Of a DNA stretch of 64,000 nucleotides, positions 1-11,800 are shown piece after piece. Source of the stretch: Aplysia californica (Eukaryota); the NCBI RefSeq assembly GCF_000002075.1, contig NW_004798018.1, positions 157,154 to 221,153 on the forward strand, written 5' to 3'. Within the stretch, counting starts at the first letter, position 1. Each line of letters starts with the position of its first letter. A program made the position numbers and the translations under genes. The notes under the pieces were generated by a model, which had not been told where the DNA came from, ran no database searches, and was given only the letters and a program-made list of their open reading frames with translations.

Positions 1-302
1 GGGGGGGATATTATGACAGTTGTGACATTGACACAATATTGTCTAAACCGGGAAACATCTCTTCCATTTAACACATTAGTGCATTGTATTGAAAAAAAAA
101 TAAATACCGCGTTTGGCATTCTCTGCTCTCCGGCCCGCTTTGAAAATACACTTGTGACCCTAAAACTAAATAAACAATAGCGCCTGTCTCATTCTGGCCC
201 TTGACACGCTTAACATTATGGCACGGCTAGAACAAAACTGAATAGGCCCATGTGTAACATAAATTACGAAAAAACATTTACCCTCATAACGACCCCCCAC
301 CC

Positions 303-305
<3 letters not shown>

Positions 306-388
<83 letters not shown>

Positions 389-500
389 TCGCATACTATC
401 TGTGTTGCTGTATTGTGGACACATACACACACACACTCACACACGCATACACACACGCACGCACGCACGCACGCTCGTACACACACACACACGTACACAC
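306..500. repeat. (CT)n followed by (CA)n/(CACG)n microsatellites
   Basis: Direct reading. Confidence 0.95.
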
Positions 501-1999
501 AAGCATACATAAACACAACGTGGGCCCGGCGTCTAGAAAATAAGCACAAAAATAACAAGTCTACACTGACTAAAACAAGCAACCTTCTGTTAGATGATAT
601 AGTAAAAAGCAAAATGGATAAACAAACTCATTTCCTACTAAATCAGCGATGAAAATCGGTGACCACGCAAGTTCAATTAATAGATATGAACAAATGAATC
701 TTTAATCCGGTTGGCAATACACAGGATTGGTTATTTCCAAATCTAAATCCTAGTTCGCTTTTTTGTGGGGACACAGAACAAAGGGGAAATGTTCCAGAAA
801 GGAAATAGAATCAAACGGATTGAGCTCTTTCCCCAGATGTCAGAGTGGATTATAGGTCTTAGTCTGCCGTAGCTTAGAACGGGGGAGTGTAATTTGATCT
901 CGTGGAGTTTTATCCGTTATCTCGAAGAAAACACGCGTTATTTCACTGGAAGGCTCCTTTGCCCACAGATCTGAGTAAATGTGGGGGAGGGGTTCGAGAG
1001 CCAATTGGGGAACACGCTTACTAATGCACAAATAACAACAGACTAATGCACATTATAACGCATAAGTGGACACACGGTGTACCATAAAAGCTCACGTGCA
1101 CAATNNNNNNNNNNNNNNNNNNNNNNNNNNNNNNNNNNNNNNNNNNNNNNNNNNNNNNNNNNNNNNNNNNNNNNNNNNNNNNNNNNNNNNNNNNNNNNNN
1201 NNNNNNNNNNNNNNNNNNNNNNNNNNNNNNNNNNNNNNNNNNNNNNNNNNNNNNNNNNNNNNNNNNNNNNNNNNNNNNNNNNNNNNNNNNNNNNNNNNNN
1301 NNNNNNNNNNNNNNNNNNNNNNNNNNNNNNNNNNNNNNNNNNNNNNNTCAATTGTTACTGATCAACGTTGAGAAGACTTAAAATAAAACTCGAAAAAAAT
1401 CAAAATATATTACGATTAATTCTATTTATACAAGAATTATCTTTCTTAGTCTCCTCCTTCCCCCCTCCCTTTCTCGGACACTTGGGACTGCCCCCCCCCC
1501 CCTTACCCCACTCTTTCCTTTATTCTTCTCCAAAAATCCTCGTCTCATCACGTTGACGGGGGTAAGTGCAGGTCCAAACCAGATCACCAGAGACTGGAGT
1601 TCTCTTTACAGAGACTTATTTTTTTGGGCAGAGCTGGATTAAGAATGTGGGAGGCTTGGGGCCTGTTTAGAAGGGACCCGCCCTTTCCAACCCCCCCCCC
1701 CCCCCCTTTATTGCATACATCATACCATACCCCACATACTAGTACAGTACCCTAAATGTAGTATATTTTTATGAATAGGACACTTAATTTTTGTTTAATA
1801 GTTAGGAAATACTGAACGGGGACTATTCTTTTAATGTTATGATACGTAATTAATAAATACGAAATGAAAATGAAATGATCACAAGTTGCTTTTACCAAAG
1901 TCATTTACACAGAGAAATTAAGTTAAAATTATTTCATTCATTATGAAAAAGTATAGAGGTGGAGGGGGGGTATAGTTGTTCGAAGATAAATTCTCCAGA

Positions 2000-2388
2000 A
2001 TTTAAAGTAGGCCTCCCAGCGCGACTACGGAAGCCGAGGATGTTTCTGAGTATTGTATGGTCTGCCAGGGGTAACGGCCTCGGAAGCCTGGCTACAGTTG
2101 AGCGCATGGAGCATTAAGAAATTCCTTGACGTTAACAATCGGCACAGATGTTGTCCACTTAACCAGCATTGCACATTGGAATTGAAGGCATGACAAATAT
2201 GCCTACTATAACAGGCTACACATATTTTGTAATACATGATACATGAAAACTGAAAGACACCGACTGCCAAAGAACTGCGGTTACAGTTGTCAGATCGTTT
2301 CAATAGAAGCATGGGGATCAAACAGAATAGTAGGCTATTATTCAAGGACTACAGCGCTGTTTCTTGAGTTGTAAACAGCCCGCAACAG
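2000..2388 (+). promoter_or_regulatory. Putative promoter and non-coding first exon of the arrestin gene
   Basis: CpG-containing stretch with CGGAAG (ETS-type) motifs at 2028 and 2081. Donor CAG|GTAAAT at 2388/2389. A strong acceptor TTTCTCTTCCTCTTTTCTTTTAG ends at 2798, 86 nt upstream of the ATG. The TSS cannot be determined. Confidence 0.5.
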
Positions 2389-2883
2389 GTAAATGGACTC
2401 CAATATACACAGGAGGGATTTGTGTACAAATCACAAGGGTAACAGCAGGAGTCACCTGCTGGAGGCTCGTGTGAGACCGCTGTGTGGCGTGTTGTAAATA
2501 TAGGCTAATGCAGCTCCCTTTAAAAGTGTATACCTGTTTGTATTTTATTCTCTTTATGAGTATCAAAATGACTTTTAGCTGCGGCAATATTGTGCTTAGG
2601 AATGAAAGTTTCAAGAATGAAAATTCAATACATTATTACATTGCATTCTCTTTGAGAAGTAAAATTTCGAAAACTGCGAAACTAAGCTACTCATCATGTT
2701 TACTTCCTGTATTCGCCGCGGAGGCGATAGAGATTGGAGAAATAATTCATAACATTAGGCACAGATTTTGGGATGTTTCTCTTCCTCTTTTCTTTTAGTT
2801 TCCTGCTTGGTAGGGACCGATACAACACAAAAATGTAAATCAGTTCAGTACTTGAAACGTTGCTTCAGGGAAACTGAAACAAG

Positions 2884-5800
2884 ATGGGGAAGCTTAAATG
2901 CTTCGAGATCATCCTGGCTGGAAATAAATCAGTGTTTCACCCTGGAGAGCAGGTGCAAGGCAGCGTTGTGGTTGAGCTGAAGGGTGACATGAAAATGAGA
3001 TCTTTGAGAATCTTTATGAAAGGTGTTGCTAAAGTACATTGGACTGAATCTCGAAGTACAGGAAGCCGTCTTGGTTCATATACAGAGCATTACAATGCAG
3101 AGGTAGAATATTTCTTCAAAAGACAAGTTTTATTTGGTGGAGGTAATGTATTTTTATTTTTAAATTTAATCTTTTCGAGTTTCGAGGCCTATAATCTTTT
3201 TCAGTAGTCATAAGTCAGTAGGCTACAAATAACTTGACCCTAGATCTCTAAATGAAAGCGGAAAATGAAATGGACATTCTCATACACCACTGTTTTTCCT
3301 CCCCAGGCGCATGCTGCCTCTGGCTCATTATATGTATTTAAATGAAAAGCAGTCCCTTGTCTAATTTGGGGAGGAATTCCGTAGCGAGCGACCATATGTT
3401 GAAACAGAGTAGAATAGAGGATTAGGTTAGGGTTTGGTAAGGGTAGGGGCTGGGTTAGAGTTAGGTGTCTTTTTTATTGTGTTTGTTGGAGTTTTCGCTT
3501 GTTACAGAAGTCCTTCCCTAATTTGTCCTTCCCCCCTGTTCTATTATAAAAATTTAAATTATTAAAATTAAAGGTTGATTAACCCCTTCGTGACACAGGG
3601 TCAGTTCGTGCTTCACCTGGCAGAGTTTTGGATCCAAAGGGACACAGAATAGGGCAAGATTTAGTAGTCAGTTTCCTACAATTATAAAGATGGCGTTCAT
3701 CATCATGGTCCTCGCGCTTGGCAAGGCATGATGAACGCCGTGTATGTCGCTGCAGCATCTTAGCTCGTTCACTTTGTAAAAAAAAAAGACGGATGACGTA
3801 CATCATGTAGGTCATGAAGGGGTTAAACTGCTCACCCATTGAAATGCTCCAGCTAAATATAATACCAACCAGAGGTTGCCATGCTATGATTCAAGTTCTA
3901 GTTAAATAGGGATGGCTCTTCCAAATTTACATGCACATGCAGCTCATTTATTTTCTAATTTTTCAGTATCAGAAATTTCTGTTCAACATGGCCCAAGCCT
4001 TTGACCTGTTTTACCATTATAAATTTAACTCTTAACTAAGCAAAAATGAATGCTCCATACAATCATGGGTTGGCTGGGGTTTGTTGATATTTGCTTTGAG
4101 AGCAAACAAACGATTGATGCTGTGCACCACTTCAGTTGGTGATGCCAGGTAATGGTAGTGATAACTCGCTAGTGGAACTGGGACACAGTATAGGCCTATT
4201 AAGAATTCTACCTTGCGTTCCCCTGCTAGATCTTAGCATGGAGCGCAACTGCTTTTAACGCTGTATGTGACTGTTTTTTCTTCTTCGAAGGGCCCTTGCC
4301 TTCAGGCAGCCACTTTCCTATTTCGAAGGCACTCTATTTTTTAAACGCACTGACCACAGTATATTCAGTTTGGGTAGGGATTAATCTCGATTTTTGCCCG
4401 GATATTGAATGTGCTCAACTTGCACATGAGACCTCCAAGATTTTCCGTCCTCATCGGAGAAGGCTAGATGTTTGATCTTACCTTAAAATCAAAGGTGTGG
4501 CTAAAAGACAGCAGTAAGAAGCCAGGAGTAGCAGTAGAAAAAATTCAGGAGTAAGGGAGAGAGAAGCAGAGAGGGGATTGGGCCAGGGGGGGACAAAAGT
4601 GGAGATACAAAGAGACGACAGAACAGGACTAAACAACAGAAAAGGAAGACAAAATTTAAGAGAAAACTATGGTACAGAAAGAACATTTTTTCGTCACGGG
4701 CAGATTTTGATCCTGGGACTGAGACCCTTAGATAGTCTACACTATGACAGCCCCCTAAAAGTTAAAATAAGCCTTGTTCTCAGCACATTGGAGCTCAGTC
4801 AGCAAGAGAGTAATAACAGACTCACTCTGCTCCTCTCATAACTTTTCAAGCGTTTTTACTTCTCTTGAATATGTTGTACTTTGATATATCGTAATATTCC
4901 CTTGTCATAATCTTACTCTATCCGTATACTAACCTCAATGTCTTCTATTCAAGTCCTGTCCCAAATCTCTTTTCTTCATCTGCCCACTTTAATTTTTCTC
5001 TCATAATCTTTAACCCTGTCCGTACACCCTGGGGTCATTTTGTACCCCCAGTGTTTTATTCTTCACATTTTAGAATACTTCTAGTACGAAGATCTCTTTG
5101 AAACTTTCAGTATTTCTCGAAAAGTCAATTTGATAGACGGCTATGCAAAGCGTACAGATCGGATTAAGGAGTAAATTTCCTCTTTGGAAAGTGGTGGCAC
5201 AAAATTCCCCACGTCGCATGGATACGATAATAAGACATGACATACGGATAGGGTTAAAGAGTGATTGATTGACATTAGGACTTCATGTTAAACAACTTGG
5301 CTGAAATTTTTACCTCCCATAATCTCAAGCCTTTGTATATTTCTGACTCAACCCATACGAATCCTGTTTATTTGAGCAGTTTGGAATCTCATGTATAGTA
5401 TTTCTCTATGATGAACTGACTCTGTGGAAAAGCTTGCTACAAGCTGACATTTTAAAAAACAGCCTGCCCACATCCTGTATTTGTGTCCCTTTTTCTTTTA
5501 TTCAGACTTGTCTCGGCTTCTCTGCAACAAAAAATATTCTTGTTTCATACGTGCACTCTTTGTGGGAATATTTTTTTTTTTTTAGCTTTGTCAGTTCAAG
5601 AATATTGAAAATATACAGTCTAGTATGCACATAGCAAGATCAGCGGCACAGAGAAATCTTTTCATGTTCGAATGTCGTTATATTTTTATAAATATGAATT
5701 TCAAGGAAGATTATAACGTTGGATAAGTGGGTCAAAGTTTTACATACATCGTACATCATGCCATACCAACATGTGTAATAGTTCGTAGTCACTTATAGAT

Positions 5801-8800
5801 GCAGTGGGTTTTACTATTTGTTACACTGATACAAACTTGATTAGGTTAAGTTATGGTTATGCCTTTTCCTCTGTGGTGCAGCATAGTTCTCATTTATTTC
5901 CCGTTCGAAAAAATTTGAAAGTAGATTAAATTTAATATGGATTCCCAAATATTTTTCAGATTTGAGTTTTTGATTTTGACATTGAATTTTTAGCCACCTC
6001 TGCTAGGATAAGCGATTTTTTCCTCAAACTAGAAGCCTTTCTGCTTCATTTGCTCCATGGTCTACTTTCTGGGACATATTCACCTAGACTTTTAAAACTT
6101 TGCAGATCACCGGCAAGCTTAGCGCCGTGTGGAATCTCTGTTGAAGAGGAAAGGCATTAATACATGGGGTGATAATATCAGATACATGCCTTATTGCGAC
6201 TCCCCTTACACAAATAAAGTGTGCAGGCTAGATGCTGATCTGCTTCTGAACACTTCTGTGATGTTTGCAATAAGCATTTCCTTGGCCTACACTATTGCCC
6301 TTGGCTTTAAAGAGATCAGTGTCCTCACTCATAAAGTACTTGCTCTTCTCTNNNNNNNNNNNNNNNNNNNNNNNNNNNNNNNNNNNNNNNNNNNNNNNNN
6401 NNNNNNNNNNNNNNNNNNNNNNNNNNNNNNNNNNNNNNNNNNNNNNNNNNNNNNNNNNNNNNNNNNNNNNNNNNNNNNNNNNNNNNNNNNNNNNNNNNNN
6501 NNNNNNNNNNNNNNNNNNNNNNNNNNNNNNNNNNNNNNNNNNNNNNNNNNNNNNNNNNNNNNNNNNNNNNNNNNNNNNNNNNNNNNNNNNNNNNNNNNNN
6601 NNNNNNNNNNNNTCTCTCTCTCTCTCTCTCTCTCTCTGTGTCTTTCTCACTCTCTGTGTGTGTCTCTCTCTCTAACCTTGCACTTTATCAGATTCTGACT
6701 ATTTTGCCTATTTTGTCATTATAATCTATACAACAAAACGAGAGTATATGTATCATTCTAGGTTTTTAAAAATGTTTTCAGAATAATGAAAATGTTAATA
6801 TGCCCCCATCGACACAATTCAGATCATTCAGGAGGTGGGCTTCCGACCCAGCCTGTCAGGGTCACCTGTAGGTGAGAGGGATACATCCTAGCAGAAAGAC
6901 TGAGATGCTCGATTACAATTTTATCACCACTCTGGATCAAACCCGGGTCTCCTGCATGCGATAGTGAAGCACCTAACCTCTTCACCACAGACAGGAGTAT
7001 TTTAAGTCTAACTAGTTATATTTATGAATAGTTAATGAGAATTAGTTCGTAATTTTTCTCACTTGTTTTTTTAATAATTTTTGTGCATTCTTAGATTGCC
7101 GAGTAAGATTCAGAAGAGATTTTAAGATTTTGGGAGAGAAATTACATGAAACTTTTTAGTGGATCCACCTGATATTTCCCTCTTTTATTTCATGGAATGT
7201 TATTGAGTTCATTCCACTTAATTACAAGCACCAAAATGATTTCAGATATTAAAACAGTACGGACAATGTATATATTTTCAGAGGTTGCAGATGGGAGAGA
7301 TACCCTGACTGATGGACGTCATGAACTCACCTTTTCCTTTGACCTCCCCATGGGGTAGGGTTTTTTTTTTTTATACTTTGCTATTTGAAGACAAATGCCT
7401 GTATTAAAATTTGTAAAAGGGCTGTCTGTTTTATCTTCCCCCCTCTTCTCATTTGTTTTTTTTTCACTGGGATGTAGGGGTTGAAATCGCTTGAATTGAA
7501 TGCAATAAAAAAGGGCATGGTTTTCAGTCCAGTTCACATAAAAGGTATTCACATTTTGGCTCATGTGAAAATATCATAACAATTTATGTAAGCACATATT
7601 TGCTACACTGGCTTCACATTGCTTCATGATACCATCCAGATGTAAGATATCAGTTTGTTTAGTACTTAGTTACAGCTCTTTTTGACATAAAGAGTTTGCT
7701 AATTTCTGATAGGTATGGGCCTAGTGAATAAAGAATCATGAAGACTCCCAAAACAACCTAAGTTTAAGAATTCTCATGTGTGGATTTCTGAGCTCAAAGC
7801 AGTTTAAAGAGATCTTAAGCTAATTAAGCCTGCATGTCTCCTATTTTACTGAATCTAAAGTATTATATAAGTCAAGGTAATTTTTATGATCTTAGGAATA
7901 GGCTTACTGTAGTGCACTCCTCTCTTTCAGTGAGCTGTCTGTTATTTTCTTTATCTTGTTGCCTGGTAGTCTTGGAACAGATAAAGTATGAAAATATCAG
8001 GTTTTTCCCTTAAGTTCATAGTACACTGCTAAATAAAGAATATCATGTGGGAGAACTTAGATCATGAATTACAGATATATTTCTTTTTGCTGTTTTACAA
8101 CGAAGCAGATATGTGTAAAGTAAACCACTAGATATAGAAAATCAAGATGATATGTATGTTTTAAAATGTCTATTTCAGGGGTATTTCAACAAGTTTTGAA
8201 GGGAAACATGGCAGCATACGATACTGGCTGAAAGCCGAGATGGACAAACCCTGGTCATTTAATCACAAGACCAAGAAAGCTTTCACCGTCATCAGTCCTA
8301 TTGACATCAATAGACCTGAGTACCAGGTAAGAAGAAAGTCAGCATTGCTTTTTGTTATGAAATAATGTTACTCTTAATGATGAGTTAATTCCATTTTCTC
8401 TAGTCGATATATCAGTGGGATAGAAAGGTACGATAATAATGTGTTCCAAAATTTAATTAATAAGTGTTGTAGTTTGTGGGACCGTTAAAATTTGAAAAAG
8501 CTTTCCAGTTTTTGTGAAAGCTAAAAAACAAATTGATGACAAATTTTGGAGTTTGTGAAAACTAACAAAAAATTGATGACAATTTTGCATTTTGTGAAAA
8601 GTAAAAAAAAAGTTGGAGACAACTTTTGCAGTTTATGAAAATTTGAGAATATAAAAAGAAGAATGTATACTGCTGTGTCCTGACCCGTCTCCCGTCTCTC
8701 GTGACGTCCCTGAAGGTGCAAGTGGAGAGCAGTGTGGAGAAGACTCTGTGCTGCTGGCTCTGTACCTCCGGGCCCATCTCCATCACCTCCAGGACGGACC

Positions 8801-11800
8801 GCAGGGGATATTGTCCGGGTGTGTACGGCTGTCGGGACTGTTTTGTTGCAGAAAATTATTTAGTCTATTTTGACTTTAAACATTTTGCCATCATATTTTG
8901 GGGAAAATCCAAAGAAACAGGATGGTAAACATCGCCGATCGGCGAGATGAGACGGCGAAGTGTAAAAAAAAACATGCCAATTTGTTAAAATTTGAAACTA
9001 GTTTTCCTTGATTTTAAGGATGATTCATAGTATTTTGTATTTCTTGGTTAAAAAAAATATCGTGTAGGAATCAATATGAAAAAGTGTACTGGGCAGGATT
9101 GTTCTTTTTAATGGGAATGTGTGTGAATAAGCAAGACCTACTCAAATTTGGCAGTGTGCAGACAGATGCCTTAATTCTCTCATTTGTTTTACTAACAGCT
9201 TCAAGTAATGCTGGTTCAGTCAAAACTGTTGAAGACACCCACCCATTGTTGAGGTGGAAAATGGTTGTCTTGGACAGTGTCAATGTAGTATGAAAAAAAC
9301 AAACTGCGAAGGTGGAAATAAGAAGTGGTCATTTGTAGAGATGATTGATTGTCTTGGACAAGTAGCCATAAGAGCAAGTTGTTGTTGTTGTTAGCGATCC
9401 AGTAGCATCTGAGCGTTATTGTGTTCTAAGTTGGAAGATTATGGATTGATCTCCCCTCCTCAACTCATTGATTGGATCTTTGACCAGTGGTTTATTCATG
9501 TGGCCAAGTTCAACTGTATAATCTAGTTCTTTTCTTTTCTAGAAATGTTTTTGTTTTCGTTAATTTTTATTTGTACCTTTTTTCTCTTTAGACAAGAGTA
9601 TAGGTAGTTTTTATTGATTTTAATTTTGATTGCTTTGCAGGGGAGTCCATTGCCATATCTGCGGAATTTGACAATCATTCATCTCGCACGGTAATACCAT
9701 ACGCCACCCTGTATCAGTCTCAAGCATTTTTTGCCAGCGGTAAGTCTCGGATTCGCCGGACAAAGTTCACTGTCCTCACTGGTCTTCCTGTTGCCCCCGG
9801 CACTAGAGGGTCATGGGACTCGCAGCTTTTGAAAATCCCCGCAGTAACGCCATCAATCATCAACTGTTGTGTCATGAAGGTGGACTATTATGTAAAGGTA
9901 ACAGCTTTGTTCATCAGATTAATATTTTCTTGTGAATATGATGATCATGTTTGAGCAAAAGGACATTATCATTGTTTACTTTAAGCCAAGCATGGCAATT
10001 CAGAAAAGAAAAATTGAAGTGTATGGAGGAAAGATTTCTTCTTATGGTGTAAGATGTTTAAATGATGTGTTAGGTTTCCATTTTCATTTTTGATCTGTTT
10101 TCTTTTTGAGAGTTATAATTTTATAAAGGAATGAATATACTTTGATTGTATTAGGGGTTGTAATTTATTTCACAGTTAAAGTTTGTTGTATTGACGTATT
10201 TTGTGTTCATCTCGTATCCAGCACACACAATCATTATTTTATTCATATTATATATTGTCTGCTGATGGCAGTGGCTATTGTGGTTTGATCTTTTAAAATT
10301 TTGTGATTTTTGTGATAATAGTTGTGAGGGCATACAGCAAGCTGTAAAATGTGGGTATGGGCTATATAAATACAGTTATTATTTAATGATATTATTATTT
10401 TTGACATTACCCAACCCTATTATCTACAATCAAACTAGAATATTGATTTGGGTCACAGCTGGATATCCAACTAGTGACAGTACATCAGAAAGTAAAAGCG
10501 TAACGCCATACCCAAATATAAGACTCTTAAAAGCCCAGAGCTCAGCTCACATTGTAGTCACATGTGCAGTGTTGGACATTCGAAATTGTCTGAGACGACC
10601 ACCTATCATCAGAGAGAAAAACGGTTGTCTTACTCAGGTGAATTTCTTGGACAGTGTCATTGTAAGAAATGAAAAAGGAGATGTTTGTTTGTTTTAGTAG
10701 AGGTTTTACAGCGCTCGCAACTGCATAAGGTCGTATGAGCGCCAGAAGATTAGAAGTGTTACAAGAGAGTAACAAATATAAAAAAGAAGGAGGTGAGATA
10801 AGGACGATAGATGTTTGATAGAAAAGAAGAAGGGGGCTCTCGTGGCCTAGAGGTTAAGGTGTTGGCCTCTCATTCAAAGGTCCCGGGTTCGAATCCGGGT
10901 AGCGACCAAAAAATTTTCTTCTCTAAAATTGTCTCCTTTCACCTCCTTTCCTGCTCTCTAGCAATGTTCTGTTGTCTGCTTTCATTTCCACTTTCTGTCC
11001 CCACCCCCTCACCTCCTTTGCCCCCTCCTCTGGGCTCCTGACTCTTTCTGCAGCATTTCTACTGCTACTCCTTGGCTCCTCCTTACTGCTGTCTTTCTGC
11101 CATACCCCTGATCTTCTGGTAGGAAAGATCTACACCTAACCTTCTCGGACAAGGGCGAAAAATCTCGGAGGGCCCGTGTGCAAGTTGCGCACGTTAAAGA
11201 TCCCTTGGTGGTCTAAAATCGATAAGAGTAGGCTTCGGCCGCCACCCGGGCAAAATTCAAAATTTCCTACCAACTGAAAATATTAGGTGTGTCCCGCGCG
11301 CTCATATGACCTTATGCAGTTGCGAGCGCCGTAAAACACTTAACAAAAACAAAAAAACAAAAAAAACAAAAGAAAAGAAGAATTAAACCACACCAGACCT
11401 CCCACCAACCACCCACAAAAGGAGATGTTAAGTAGTCATTTGTATAGATGATTGTCTTGTACAGGAGGTGGTTAGAGCAGGTTAGAGCTGTTGCTGAATA
11501 TGTGTATTCTGCTTTTCAGGTGGCTCTCCACATCAATGGTGCCTACAACCTGACCATGCACTTGCCAGTGATGATCGGCACGGTGCCTTTCCGACAAGCC
11601 GCCAGCTACAGATACACAGACTCACACTTCTACCGAGAGACACAAGCCCAGTATGCGTCAGTGAACTTACTCACTGTTCCTGTACCCCCGCCGTACAGAG
11701 AGACCATCACACCGCCGCCTCCATTTGATGGTTGGTCCTGTTTGCACAGTCCGTCTTTGTACTATTTTTACGTTTTGTTAACAGTCATGATCGTCATCAT

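Noticed and set aside
166-652. ORFs with RE/SL/HT repeats
   Set aside because: Microsatellite translations
1043-1371. ORFs spanning N-runs (also near 6129-6698, 32325-32696, 36364-36705, 44958-45387, 46252-46632)
   Set aside because: Artefacts of assembly gaps, apart from the real TTC37 exons they partly overlap
2452-2472. ChoRE (MondoA/Mlx) element as found at TXNIP/ARRDC4
   Set aside because: The E-box-like halves CACCTG and CTCGTG are 7 nt apart rather than the required 5
4440-4466. Hammerhead-like CGATGAGGACGGAAA on the minus strand
   Set aside because: Lacks the CUGA core and closing stems; it is part of the Nin/Deu domain. Other CTGATGA sites (31275, 47971, 55054) lack stem II/GAAA geometry.
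6798-6855. HDV-like ribozyme (minus-strand GGGTCGG..CCACCTCCT resembles the antigenomic HDV start)
   Set aside because: P3 and P1.1 do not pair, P1 is mismatched and the second copy does not preserve the fold; better explained as the LINE-type tail of family J
10832-10908. tRNA gene (Glu-CTC-like) with A/B boxes and ACCA end
   Set aside because: Imperfect acceptor and anticodon stems, continues into a repeated body and tail, and is flanked by a TSD; it is a SINE head
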